This document shows, piece by piece, positions 38,161 to 52,418 of a stretch of DNA of 64,000 nt (position 1 is its first letter; the number at the start of each line of letters is the position of its first letter). The stretch is from the NCBI GenBank assembly GCA_030141605.1, contig JAQGDQ010000002.1, forward strand, positions 372,001-436,000, written 5' to 3'. The notes below the pieces were generated by a model. That model saw only the letters and a list, made by a program, of their open reading frames with translations. It was not told the DNA's origin and did no database searches. Made by a program: the position numbers and the translations under genes. This DNA is from Tubiluchus corallicola (Eukaryota > Animalia > Priapulida).

Positions 38161-41100
38161 TAGTACTTTCTTTTTTATCAGTGTATATCCACAAATGCAA
38201 CTGCGTGGCAACACTGCTAAATTTCACGTATCGAAATTCTTCCTATAGAAGGATTTTCATCGTGGGGGCCACGTACTGCACTTAAGTAGTTTCAACAGTT
38301 TAGACTTTATAGTAGATACCTGCAGAGCGCTGCTGAGAAAATAGTGCGCATAAAACAAGGGTAATGGATTAAGTTGACTTGGGTATAGTAGTAATTTATG
38401 TTTGAGACGCCTGCATTGCTGGTAGGACTGCAGAAGACATTAAATGGCTTCTTCCATTCAGACTTCAACCAAGGTCAATACTGACACAGAATGAATGATA
38501 TGTAGCAATTTAATTACAGCCAAGGTGACTAGTATACAAAGGACAGAAAATATTTGCAGATTTTTAATTTGAAATGCTTTCGGTTGGAGAAATTCAATTC
38601 GAACATAGTTATTAAACGACCTACTGGAAATGTAATAAGCTTTGTTTCGTAACTTTTGTAAATTAACAAAACTTCCATTTTATTTCTTATTTTTGCTTTT
38701 GATAACTAAAGTTATGTTCTATCATCATTACCTTGTAAATGTCATCAAATTCGCGAGTAAAATTTTATTAATGATTGGCGTTTAGAGATCACTAGAGCAA
38801 ACTAGTTAAATAGCTAATAATTAAACCGGCAATTCTGTAACTCCTAGTTTCTCTTTTGATTCAGATTAAATTGATCTTTAAATATGACATTCAGCCTTTA
38901 CAGTCTCAACTGAAGTGCAAATCATTCCCACCTATTCACAACACGTACATTCTAGTATCCAGTTGTGATCTTTTTTGATGAGTTTGCAGACGTGTTATCT
39001 GGTTCTACTATTCTGATTTCTGAATAAGGAATTCTTTGTAAATTCTTCTTTCTGTTCGTGTGTTCCAGTTCTGCAATCATGCTAAGCAGTTTAATCTGTA
39101 GCCATTCTTATAGTAAGAACGTGTGGAGTTTAGCATCTCCTGTGAATGATGAATTTTGGTGGCATTTCTTAGTCAGTAACCCACAAATAGAAAGAATTAT
39201 ATCAGGGGAATCTAAATTCTGCGTGGACAGTTTTTTTGGTACCCGGGGATTTTCTTAACAATCCTCATCTGTGCATATGCCGTCTGTAAGCCCATGTTTA
39301 CTTCTAGAAGTTCTCTGAGATCTATATCATACAAAACAAAAACTAGATCTAAACCTTATAATGATTCTTATACTGGTTCTCTTCGATGTCTTTGCAAACT
39401 TTGAAAGAGACCAATCTTGTGTTTTAATCCCGCAAGTGCTTAAATATTCGTAAGCCAATATCTGTCTTCCCTCAAAATTATTTTGACATTTTTATGTGCT
39501 AAGTGAAGATACGTTCTTTCTTGCCATATATTTAACAAGCGATATGATATCATACTTCAATGTTCCAATTCTTCATCCTCAGTTAAGCGTAACTTAACAC
39601 TTCATACATACATATGTGATTTCTTCCTTTGACAAAGAGCTCTTGTTACTCATTCGCCACCTTTCCCACTAAATCTGCCGTTCCTTGAAACGGTACGTTC
39701 ATCTAAATTACGAACGCCCGAATTTCACTTTTCTCACTTAAGAATGTTTCAGTTTTTAGGAATTAAATCAGGATTACACACTCCCATCGACATTCTAGAT
39801 TATAACTTTCGACAACAAACTACTGCCATTTGTTTAAAGACATTTATACTTTTAGTTCTAATAGTTTAAGCGTCTTCAGTATATGCTACCAATGGTTATG
39901 TCACGATAATCATTGTACATTTGCATGCAATAATAGAAAACAATTGGGTATGTTTCATTAATTAATTAACAAGATCAGTGAGTAACGTAAATGTATAAAT
40001 AATTAAGTCAGAGTTAAAGAAGTTTAATAGGAGATACCTAGTTGATTTCTAAACAATTGTCAAAACATCTATATTCGATTGCAATAACACTTCTTTATCA
40101 AAACTCGCAATCAGCGTTCGTTCGCCTAATACAGTAACTTACATTCAGCGTTCATGAATCACTGTCGAAAGAAGATTGTTACTAGTCTAAAAACCCAATA
40201 TTATTTGTTTCAAATGGATGTCAGATTATGCCCATTACACCCATTATGGAAGACGTATTAAATTTGGCATTGCATGCGAAGAATTTGGCTACATGATTCT
40301 CACTAGATGTGTTGTTCAACTTGGCTCAACTGCAATAATATCCGACAAATCTTTTTTTGTAATTGCTTAAATGGGATTTCAGTATTACATATCAGAGGTA
40401 AACAACATCTGTGCAAGCTACACGTTAGGTAAAATCTTGTAAATATAAATATTACAACCAGCTTTTAACCAAAAATTCCCAGGTGACCACACATGTAACT
40501 TCAAAGCGGTTAGTTAACAATCAAAAGCATTCCTTATAGTGGAGCAACAAATGTACCAAATATCGACAAATCTGGCACCGAGGGTTGATTTTCTTATATA
40601 TGGGCATAGGGTTTGCGAAAAAGTTAATCAAGGTCAGTCAAGATCATTAAATGTAATTAATGCTTATTCTATAAACACTGTTGGTTAATAAGCATATTTT
40701 GTGTCACAGCCTCAACGCCGAGACTAGGTAATTTTTATACCGAATGAAAAATCTTTATCTAGTGTCTTTTCTATGATAGTTTATTTTTCGAATCGGCACA
40801 ACCGGGAAACAAAATATCCGCCAAAGTGCATGGGCTTTTTTCTCACGTGAATTTTGTGCATTTATTTGAGAGAACGGGAAATGCGGTGCTGAAGGAGTTG
40901 ACAATGTTGGAATAGCTCGTTTATGGAACGTATGTATGGAGGAGAAAGCAGAATGTTCGTGGTTTATTGATTATAATTTCAATTTCATAAAACAAAAATC
41001 ATTTGCGGCGCTTCACTAGAAGATTTTCAGAAGAACACTGACAGAAACTGTTCAACTGAACGAATACCACTTTTCAGTATGAATTTACGGTGTGACCTTA

Positions 41101-42129
41101 AATGACATTGAAATCAGCTTCAATGTTATCAGATTAATGTCCACCATGCAGATTTTTTTTTAAGAATATGAATCTACACAGTATGGAACATTAACAACAG
41201 GTGTCATATTTTTGACAATTTCTTTTCCTCCCCCTTACTTTTACTAATACATGCTTAGTATGAATTCTTTGATTTCTTTTATGCACAACAGCGTCTGTAT
41301 TAAATTTTTTTCTAGTCGCTAATCAGAAGGAAAAAAGAAACATGCAAAGAAGCAACAAATAACTTGGAAGTCAGTATATTACGTATCCTAGAAGATATTA
41401 TAATTTAACGCTGAGGAAAGTTGCATTTGATTCTCTAATTAGAAAAAGTGCGTGTAATTAACCCATTACAGCTCATCAAACTATTATCTATTGGCATCTT
41501 CGATAAATTTTCTCTAATACGTTACAAACGTCGCCAAAATGTGCAAAGTCATTATGACCACCTACAAATTTCATGTTTACGCAACTTTTTGAATTTTTTT
41601 ATTTTTATTGTCACGCCCATAGCGCCTGAGCTTGACAATCGAAGGGTTATCTCAGCTTTCTCGCTGAAATTAAGCTTTTCTCCCAATTAAAAATTAGCAT
41701 GAAAATTGCATGTCGATGATGAAAATTATTTTGCGCGCATTTATATCCTGAAAGACGACGCTGTGTAATGAGAGTTAGGAGACTATAGCCTCAAACTCTG
41801 CTATGATGATGAAAATGTTATGAAATTGTTGTTCTCATTAAAATAATTGCAAGGATAGTAGGCTCAGCTTGCTAAAAATGTTGAGCATGGTTTTTACTTG
41901 ACCGCTTTTTATATAATTAATACAATATTTTTTGGCTATTTTGTTTTATGCAATTTACAAACCATTCTTTTCTTTATCCTTAAATCGTGCAATATCTATA
42001 GATTTAACACGAACGTAGTGATAGTACACACCGCAACTGAACTGAAATGTACATGTAAACATAAGGTCTCTGGTTCAAATTTAAGCTGTGTAAATCGTGT
42101 GTTCCAACGTTTTTACTTTTCCTGTTTTT

Positions 42130-42132
<3 letters not shown>

Positions 42133-42212
<80 letters not shown>

Positions 42213-42219
42213 AATCTCT

Positions 42220-42262
<43 letters not shown>

Positions 42263-42289
42263 TTCTCTCTCAATCTCTTAATCTCTCTC

Positions 42290-42326
<37 letters not shown>
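42133..42326. repeat. Interrupted (CT)n microsatellite
   Basis: CT runs interrupted by duplicated caatctcttaat spacers. Confidence 0.97.
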
Positions 42327-44666
42327 CTCAGTCTCACTTATTTGCAAATTGAAACCTCTTTTTGGTCGTCTCAAAAACTTAAAAGTATTGAAGCTTTTAA
42401 ACTCCATTCGTGACTAATTTATTTCGTTTTTTATTATTTAATTCCATAAAATATAATTTTGGTACATATAAAATATATTTGACTTACTTATATAGTACCT
42501 TTAATAATATGTATTAGGTCTAAATTATATATTATATGTACGTCTATGTAATTCCAGAATTTTAAGATATAAAGTTTAAAGTTTTAACGATAACCTTCTT
42601 ATAAAATATAAATAAAGCTGCAGCCATACAGTACGGTATGAATGTTTCGGATAAATTACAACTTAGGGCCACGCGGTCTAAAAGGTTTCACATTTTGCAT
42701 TACAGTTTCAATGAGTTTCAAAATTGCAAAGTGTTGTTTTTTACTTTCTAGTAAGTTACGAAATAAGTTATGAACGCGATACTTATAAATTAAGAGAATA
42801 AGTCCATTCATTCTACAGGGCGCAATTTGATATTGATGTTTTTCTGATCCGCCAGTCCACTTCCATGCCGCTTTCCATTTCTGTCCTTACCGATTTTAGC
42901 GTACGCCTATACATTCCTGCAAAGACGAGGCCTCTCATGTGATTAAACTTCGTATGAATAAATTACAAATCTATTGTTCAACAAAATAATTACGGAGACT
43001 TTTGGGTTGGCAGATCTGTAAGTTCTTCGTCAAGTCTGCAAAAAACATTTTCTGCTTTTGACACAACTTTATGACTTCAAAGGTTGTGGGTAAAATATAT
43101 AAAGTTTTCTAAAAATGCTAGTATGCTAAAACTGAAATTGAAAAGTGAAAGCACCTTATGCAGGCCTCGTGTCTTCCCTAGATGGTCCGCGATACAGAAA
43201 TAGTGAGGAACTATTCACTGATTGCGAGTTCTAGCAATTAACAGTAAAATGTCGTCTGTAAAATTTTAAGGGAAGAATTTTAATTTCATATTTGAGAACG
43301 TAATTCAAAACTCAGACTTTTATTAAGCACAGAAACGTATTAATAAAATTTGTAATCTACTAAAAATTGTGAAGTGACTGCGCGTAAATGTAGTTAATAT
43401 TCAGCGCTTGTAAGCTGATTTCTCATTACAAATGCACTCACTTGCTGTAATTCGGTTAGGTAGTAGTGATTATAGATAGCAAGTTGTATGTTTTTGACCC
43501 ATACAGGTCAAAATCGGGTACGGTCTGAAAAACTGCCCACTTTTCTTTAAACTGTATCGACTGTTTGATCTGTTCACTTAGATCGATCGTGTAAACGTTT
43601 CGTAATTGCTGTGCCACAAAGTGGGACAAATGACTAAAGCTAAATCGCGACCACTTTTAATTACATGACTCTGTCGTTTTTACAGATTTTCATTTTCAAA
43701 GGGCACTGGTGACTTCAGTGATACATTTACCTACGAAACCAGGAGAATGAAAGAAAGTATAAACAGCTGCTTACTTTATCTTTCCCGTTATAGGCTATCT
43801 CAAGTTTTATAGCAGTTACTTTTAAATGACATTGAAAGCTACACAGTGCACCAGTTATGTAGTTGCCTACTGTTGTAATTGACCAGTAACCTCTAACTCA
43901 AATGAGTCACCTCGGCTGGATATTATTTGGGGGCATCATTATTGCTACTGCAGTTGCTTTATTATTAATGCTGCTACCACTTGCGCCTCTGTCGTCATTG
44001 CAGTTGTCGCTGTTGTTAATTCTACTACTGCTGATGATGAACATGTCTTTGCCGTTTGCAGACACACGTGTATATGCTTGACTGTTGACGGTCTTGTACC
44101 TCCTGACAGATTAGATAGTTTTCATGAAAAATTAGATAGTAGTTGTCATAAACTTTAGAAACTTTTTATGACACAAGACTACAAGTAACTTTTAGTTCTA
44201 TCATTCATTTGTTGCATTTTCTAACTGTAGCACTGTTTATTATTGCGCAAACGCCGCTGCCGCCATTATAAATATAACTTAAAAGTTGTTTTTAAATGTG
44301 TTTATTGCTAAGGTTTTTCTTTGCGTATGGACCCAAGTGTCACACTGATCTGTTTTCTTGAAGCGAGGATGGGGATGCATGAATTATCTAGGATAGCGCA
44401 TTAAATGTATTCTGCATAATAATCTGCACAAACCTTAAAGCAAAATTCAATGCATACAAATTAAGTTACTTGCTTCATGAAATTTTAAGCTTGCCTGCAG
44501 CCAATCAGTCAAGCAGTCTAAAAGACAAACGAGCTTGTTTGCATACTTGTGTTTAGCAAAGTGCATATCCGAAAATTAATCTAGGGATGTAATCACAATT
44601 ATTTCTTCCGTGAACTGACGTGGTGAGTAAATGTAATGTTATGTAAGTTAACATAGTGAGATGTAA

Positions 44667-44915
44667 GATGATGATGATGAGTGAGTGATGATGATAATGA
44701 TGATGTTGACGACAGTAGCGATGATAGTGATGACAAGGCCGATAACAATAGTGACGATGGTGCCTACGACGATGTTGAGAATGCTGCTGGGACGGTGGTA
44801 GTGGTGATGGCGACAACCACAACGGCAACGATGATGACCACGGTAACAGTTGTAGGGATTTGTAAGTTACAGTGATAATGGCACGAGTGATAGCAGCGAC
44901 GATAATGGCTATGAC
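44667..44915. repeat. Degenerate (GAT/GAC/GGT)n low-complexity trinucleotide region
   Basis: Triplet-periodic sequence producing the D-rich and H-rich pseudo-ORFs. Confidence 0.8.
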
Positions 44916-45675
44916 AATTCTTTAATTAGAAAAATCGCTGATTCAGAAAGGTTTACTTGATTCCACACTTTTGTTTGATATTGCTGTTTCAAAGGCTTGA
45001 TGAACATCTATTTGATATCCGACTCTTCTCTTTTGCTACAGAAAATGGTTAAATTTTATCTGTGTCGTATTGCCGAATTGTATTAGTGCAAATAAAAATG
45101 GACTTTGTATTAAGCCAGAAGATTGATGCTATCAAAATTGTTGGCTAGAAGTCACATTGTATAGAACTTTTAATAAACAAACAGGTAACGTTTAAATCAC
45201 ATGTGTTCGTAGTAGTTTTAACCAAGAATATAAGTAGAATTTGTTTGTAGGTTGATGCTAATCCGAGAAGAATACCGCGGCAAGTGGATTAAGTGCTTCT
45301 CGGGAAATTGAAATGGTAGTTGAAACATTGAGGTTTTACGTTTTGATTTGCGAAAAGAATTAGATAATTCTTGGAAAAATCCCAATTTCGAGAGTGCCAA
45401 TGATTTTTGTACTAGTCTTTGTTTCTATTAAACATTTGCCCTGCCGGAGAACATACGGTAATCAGTATTCAGCATTGTTCATGAATAATAAACGACCGAA
45501 CTGCAGTATTTATGACATCAGCTAATTTTCATCATTCAAATGTCTTTTTATAATAAGTACTACAAAATCACTGTAAGTTCAAGATTTTGGTACCAAGTAT
45601 AATTAGACGTTTTAGTGGATCTTCTGTTTTGAGCACTAGTACACCAGTAGTCTTCTATTTCTATAATGTCTGTTA

Positions 45676-46888
45676 TTATGTGATGTCACTACTATGCCGA
45701 GTCCGTCGTGCTTTTTTATCTTCTTCGCTCATGCTTCTTTTTGTAGAGTTTGTGAGGGCAACTGTTTTTTTGAAATCTATTTCAGCGTACCCCTCCGAAT
45801 TCGTTGGCACGGAATACTGCTTCCTGACTGGTGGGGCGGTTACTGCAGACGGAGAGACAGCAGTTCGAGCGGGAGGCATTTTCGAAACACCATCAGATAA
45901 ATCTAACACGATGTAGTTCACTTGTTCCGCTGCCTCGTTGCGTCTTTTCTGTAGTGGACTTGAAGTCAAGATATTGCACGCAATGCTTTTGTTCACGTTG
46001 TGTTCAACACTAACATTCACGTAGCAGTGTTCCGTGTCCAGTGCAGACGATTTGTTAGGGACAGTTAAAGTGCACCCTAGTGGGCGATTTCGATTTGACA
46101 CGGGCTGTTCAGAATGTACCCTCCTGAGAGCCAAAGTTTGGAGTGAAGACACTTGTTGTGCGTCTTTGGCTGTTGATGACTGAGTGGGTTCAATGAGATC
46201 GCTGTTAGATGCCTGATCACATTTTTCACTCGAAGTCGCACATTTTGTTCGAGTTTTTGAAATATTTGCTTCCGAAGTAAAAACATCATCCAAGTCTTCA
46301 GCGTCAAACCCGTCCGTTTCACTTTTGTACCGCCGGATAACTTTCGTTAAGAACTTTTTATGCTGCGCTTCTGTAACACTGTGTCGCTCTAATTTCCTAG
46401 TACTGGATAAGACATTCAAGTGTCGTGCACCTCGACTGCACATACTGCTTTGGGGTGAGATAGGGGAGTTACCACGACTGGACAGAGTGGACAATGTTCC
46501 TCCAGTGCTTGTGCTACCTTTTCTGCAACATCTGCTTGCTTCAGGTTTCAAGTTGACGTAATCTGGAGACTGAGGCGATTTAGGGCGATTAGGACAGACA
46601 TGAGGAACGAGTAAAGCGCTATAGACGTACAATGCATCAGCCACTTTGGTTTTATTCCCTGACGTGGAAGACCACTGCTGCGTTGTCTGCAGAAAAGTTG
46701 GGAAAAACTTTGAATTCATGCGTTCATCGTTCATTTCACCATTGCCTTCTGGTGAAACAGGCATAGAATCGTACACATTTTGAGTATTGTTCATCTGCCT
46801 GACGCTCTCGATTGTGTCATGTATGGCATTATATAAGAGTCTGGCATTCCTACATCGAAACACGTAAACATTTGATCCTGTTGGACAT
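45676..46888 (-). CDS. FRS2: FRS2/FRS3-like FGFR substrate adaptor, terminal exon (end of IRS-type PTB domain plus docking tail)
   Basis: Acceptor ttttcag (plus ctg 46889-91). Reads (R)CPTGSNVYVFRCRNARLLYNAI, the PTB C-terminus; YVN motifs; NYIVLDL and GYAEIDF; C-terminal RRTRHSSDIT resembles FRS2 RKTRHNSTDL. The first residues of the listed ORF are intronic. Confidence 0.88.
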
Positions 46889-49759
46889 CTGAAAATAAAT
46901 ACAATAATGAGAAATCTTGTGTACTGCTGCATTTTTTCGAATCAACATCGAACATCAAACATCAACATGGCAATATTTCTAACATGATCAGAAACCGAAA
47001 ATTTTGCGAACAATAGTTGGAGAATTTAATCTTGAAATTACGTCACCCTTTTGTCTGACCGCCCTAACTTTGCTTTTTCTGAAATTTGATTTCGACAGGC
47101 TTGATTATCTAGGAATCGCATTTCACGTCGATGAAATCTGTTATTCCATATTTTGACACTGAAATGACTTTGGAAATTTGTTTCAAGGTCACAGTATTGC
47201 TTTCATTGAATTCACTATGCTCGATTGTCTAGAAATTCCATTTCTTTTCCGTGAAATCAAAAGTTTTCACTTTTTAACCCTGACCGGTCAGGAGTCAGTC
47301 AACCTCGGGTCAGTCTTCTACAGCCAATATGCCTCACCGAGACGTTCGTTTAATGTACTACAAAGTATTGAAAAAATTTCTCCTCCGATTTTTGGTTTTT
47401 GCCCTCGAGTAAAATTTTTGTTCACTATTCAAATAACCACCTTCCAGCATTGTGCAAAAAGTTAGGCACACCTGATCACATAACAAAAATTGTGGCAGTA
47501 GCTCAAAAACTGTAGAAGCAGATAGAGTCTAATAAAAATAAATGAAGACCTATCCACTCCGTGATCTTTGGTCCTGTATTCTCGGGCCACATATTAACAT
47601 CTTTTTCTAGGGCGTATGCCCTGTGTGTTTTGTGTACCTAGCCCTCGGTGTCTAAAATGTCACCGAAACTGGGTAACCCGTTTCGGCCCCCTATCGACAT
47701 TAAAGCGTTCCGGCTTTTTGAAATCCCAGTGCGCATCTATCCCACAATATCCAGTGAAAATTGTTAACCCAGATGTTGAATCATATTCACAAAACTGACC
47801 GATGGCTACTGCCCTTTATCCCTTGACCAGAGGTTAGCGTATTGTGGTTTTTTCTGCGCCAGGTTGTCAAACCTTATCACAAAAACAAACACAGAAAACA
47901 ATGTAGGTAAATTCACACAGACAAACACATCATTGCTTAAATTTACACAGAAAAAAACTCGCGCGATGACCCACCTCAAGTCCTTGAGTAAGTCTGCAGA
48001 CAATCACAAAAATTTCCAAAATTTCATGCAAACAATCGTAGATCCACACATGTTCACATAGATTAGATTCACACAGGTAATCATAGAAAATCCGAGCTAC
48101 ACTAGTCCACATTGACGTCTACAGAGTGAGTTACAATAACGTAGTATATTCTCACTATGCACAAAAATGTCTATATTCTAAGTAGAATATACATGTACAT
48201 GTCTATAATGATTCCACAGCAGAAAAATGCTACATCCATACTCTATGCGTCATGGTCATATTGCATCACCGAAAAATGATAATTATGTTCTTCAAAAGAT
48301 CTGTAATCTACAGAAATGGTATTCGTATTTCACGTGTAAACTATTCTGTATCTATGCAGAATAGTTCGAATAACCAAAGTTTGAATGGCATTACTTATTG
48401 TCGTCATGATCATATTCAAATTCTGCGTATCTAGATTCTGCGAGCGGTTCTCTATAATTTGAGTAGCTATCTGTGTATACTGCGTAGAGACCTTCAAAGT
48501 TATTCATCGTTTTCAGCAGTTTCTCATTTCAATATATCCAAGAGAAAAGACGAAACCGTTTTAAATTAAAGCAACAAATAGAAAATACGATAACCTTAAG
48601 TTTGCCATGTAGAAAGTTCACGCAATAACATCTGTACATCTGTTGAGAAACACGAAGCCATCTATGGATTTCAAAGTGAAACTATTCTGGAAGACCTGAC
48701 AAATCTGGAGTGCAGCATTTAAGTATTAAACCCTAATTCAGTCGCTTATAACTTTTTTTGATGTTAAAAAGGGAAAACGTAAAGAAGCAGTGCCGAATAG
48801 CCAATACCAGCGAGCACATTTTTTCATCAAAGCCTGCCTCTTATCTAGTGTGGCTTTAACCTCAGATCCGCTAGTTTAACCGGCTTTCACTCAAGCTTCT
48901 AAATACACCATGCATTGCATAACCAAGTTGGCCCTGTGGCTTCTAAAATTAATTTCATGTCTTTTGTTTCGGTAGCCTGGGGTTACACTAGTAGGGGTGT
49001 CACAGTTTTAAGGGTGTCAGTAATCTTGCCTTGGCTTGATCGCATCGGACAGTACAGGTATTCTGCTGTAACGGTAATGTGGGGGTGTAAAAAGGTGCCG
49101 CAGAAATGACTAAATAAGTTCAGGGTGTCAGCAGATCATTTATATATTCTTGTACATAAAGAAGCCAACCCAAATTTTATCCGAAAACAAGCGAGAAATA
49201 CACAAGTATACCATGCGGGTCGAAATAGAAGTGAATGGAATGAAATACAGGCTTATTCGCTTATTATAATATTTTCACAAGCAAATTTGTGCATGAGACA
49301 CAGGTATTACACACAGGTGTGGATGTATAGTTATTATTATTATTATTTATTTTTAAAAACTATGTACAAAATACATTCCCATTATTTGTAGGGATATGTT
49401 TAAAATTTCTAAAAGCATTTAGAACGTATTAAACCTATTCACATGTATATAATTTAGAATCTAACGCATGAGACACAATGAACGACAGCGATCATATACA
49501 ACAGACATAGTTACGGATTATAATCCATCACAACATACATGCATTATAAAAAATAACGAACATATTTAAATACATAGTAGCAAAATCTACACGCACTAAA
49601 CACAAAGAAAAACAGCGAGTACAATTATAGTAAACATAATTACCAATTCTAATGCAATTTCACATAATCACAAATAAAAACAAAACAGCATATAGAAAAC
49701 ACGGCGAGAATTGTAAAATTTCATCACCAACAGACTATTTATATACGGGCAAAAGACGA

Positions 49760-50820
49760 TAGGAATTCATCTGAGATAAGATTTGCAAAAGCATTTATAG
49801 CATTATTATCTCGGCTAGAGAAAACATCTAACGTCCGTATCTAACGTAGGCAGAGTGCTAATAAAATCATTCCTTTTGGCTTGGTTTACTAATGTACATT
49901 CAAATAATAAATTGTGTACAGACTGGGGGCTTAATAAGTAGTTACATGTATTATTAGGAGCATGCCCAATTTTGTACAAAGATTCCTTAAAATTTTCCTG
50001 CTTAAGTAATAAACTGAAAGCTAAAACTTCTAATTTTCTCTTGCCCAAAGACAGGGAATTGTACGGGCGTATTAAAATTTTTTTCGGGTTAATACTGGTG
50101 TTTATACACTGGTACTTGCGGCGGCATCTATTTGTCCACATATGCAACACATAATTGTCAATGTCACTTTTCTTGTATTGAAACGTAGGCGGTGGTAAAG
50201 ATGCTATATCCACGAGACGGGTGAAAATTACAGCCTATTCCAGTTTTCATAACATCATATATAAGATCATCAATGACGCTGCGTTTGCTCACCATTCAAG
50301 CTGGAGCACCATACAAAATTATAGGTAGTACAAGGGTTTCAAAGAGCAAGATTACAGTTATGGAGACTAACACCTTTGTAGAGGGTAAATTTTCGTTTGA
50401 TTTGTAACCATCTATACCATGCTTTTTCCTGACGTTAATGATTTGTAACTCAAAAGACAACTGCTTGTCAATAATAACACCTAGCACCTTACTGCTCTGC
50501 ACGTAATTTATGCTCTGATTCCCAATTTTCAAAATGACATTTTGGTTTTCCATGCCAAAAGGTAAAACCTCAGTTTTACCAGGTGAGCTGTTAATAACCT
50601 GTCTCCATTTTCTGCACCAGATATAAAGCCTATCACAGCACTGCTGTCCTAAGTTCACTACATCTACATCTGTAGAACCCGATGCAAGGATTGTGCCGTC
50701 ATCAGCCTATTTGAAAGAATCAACCTTCGGCAGAGCCAATATTTGCTTAAACATATTTGACACATAGAAAATGAAAAGTAAAGGCGAGACAACCGAACAC
50801 TTGGAAACCCTGTGGATGCA
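49760..50820 (-). mobile_element. Decayed non-LTR retrotransposon ORF2 (RT plus C-terminal CCHC)
   Basis: Broken G.P.GSVVSPLLFIFYV; FK*ADDGT (YADD with a nonsense change); KVLGVIIDKQLSF; ILYGAP; C-terminal C......SVHNLLFEC. Frameshifts throughout. Confidence 0.85.
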
Positions 50821-51207
50821 AGAAAGCTAATTCTGAATATTTTTCAGAAAAAACTTTGCAATCTAAACCTATCGACAAACGACATGAAATAATACTGTGT
50901 AGCTGCAGCTGAAATGACATTAATTATAAACGCAATGAAAGCAAGAATGATGCTTCATTTTCATCTTGTTTTTAGACAGTGGAAGCGTTTTTACATTTTT
51001 TCCCAGGGAAAGCACCATTCAAATTGCTCTAAAAATCGAAATGGTTATCGCAAAACTACCAAACTATGTCATAATTTTTATCCATTGTAAGTTATATAAA
51101 GTACTTTTCTTTGTAACTTCATATCACACTACTGGTATTGAATTTTCATTTAGAATAGGCAGTGCAAAAAGGAATAAAGAAATCAATCCTGAACATCTAT
51201 GTTATCA

Positions 51208-51268
51208 TGGTGAAACAAAACGTGAACTAAATGGCGTATATGGTGAAACAAAATGTGAATGAAATGGC
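51208..51268. repeat. 33-bp-period tandem duplication
   Basis: tggtgaaacaaaa(c/t)gtgaa..aaatggc twice. Confidence 0.75.
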
Positions 51269-52418
51269 AAATTTAATTATCACTGATCAAACAGGACAAA
51301 ATCAATCACTGATATTTTATTGACAAATTTGTTTAGCTCTTCTTTCATATAATGCATTCTACTTAGATTTAAACTTGTATGTCTTGCATATGACTGCAGT
51401 TAGGTAGTTTAAATATTGAGTTTATCTATTAATAAGTCACCTCTTGTATCCATTAAACTATTTTACATTCCTTCAACGGTCAGTGTTGACATTTAACTGA
51501 ATTACCACTGTTTATGGTCAACTTTAAATTTTTCTGCATCGCCACCGTAACCACGCAATGAATAGAGAAGATTAAAAATCGCATTAAGTGTATGCTCGAA
51601 GCAGTTGCAAACATTTTGAATTGTTTAATTCATTAATCCATTTATTAATAAAATTGGTTAATAATACTGTGAACTAGCATCAACGTCGTAAAAGTAATGC
51701 GTAAAAGTAAAAGTAAAGTAACTGTACCGTTGGGTTGATTTTTCCAAGCCCACGATTATACAATGTCTTTTCGTCCACAGACTATAAAAGGCGGACAAAG
51801 AGCTATAAAAAGGTGAACAAGCTATGTACATAAAGAAAGAATCCCAGGATTAATGTTGATGCAACATTCGTTTGTTCAGGAATTACCATAAACTTAGTTA
51901 CTCTGATATTTAGGAAAAATTCATGTAGACTGCGTAAATAACTGATCCTAACTATATTTACCATGAAGCCAGCTAATCCAGGGTGAGTAATGATTTTTTT
52001 CCTCAAAACGATTTGATGAAAAATTTGTGTCAATAACAATTGACTACATGTGTCGAATAAAATCTCTCATAAAGTCCTATGGCAAATTATTTTTCTTGCT
52101 GTAATTTTTCCTCGTGTTTGCTTTCCTGCTTCAGGCGCATGTTCGTTTTGGCCAGCGTTGTGACTGCTTTTGAAATTCCATTATCGACTTATTCAGCAGA
52201 GATAGATTATTTGTCTGCCAACAGCTGTCGTCGGCAGCAATTTGCCAAACTTTTCTAAAGTTTAATGAGATGCGGCGCACGCGTGTTATTTTAATAAACT
52301 GCCGGACGAGAATGATTTCCGTAACTGTAACTATCGATTTTTTATTTAGGATGTCATGCTCAGAAAAGATTTGTGCATCATCCGAAATGCATTGTAAGCG
52401 AAATAGGCCTACCACTTT

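Noticed and set aside
41898-42281. 127-aa ORF
   Set aside because: Low complexity, driven by (CT)n.
44553-44875. His-rich and Asp-rich ORFs
   Set aside because: Degenerate trinucleotide repeat with no recognisable domain or supported exon structure.
45587-46561. Several short ORFs overlapping the FRS2 exon
   Set aside because: Antisense or alternate-frame shadows of a real coding exon.
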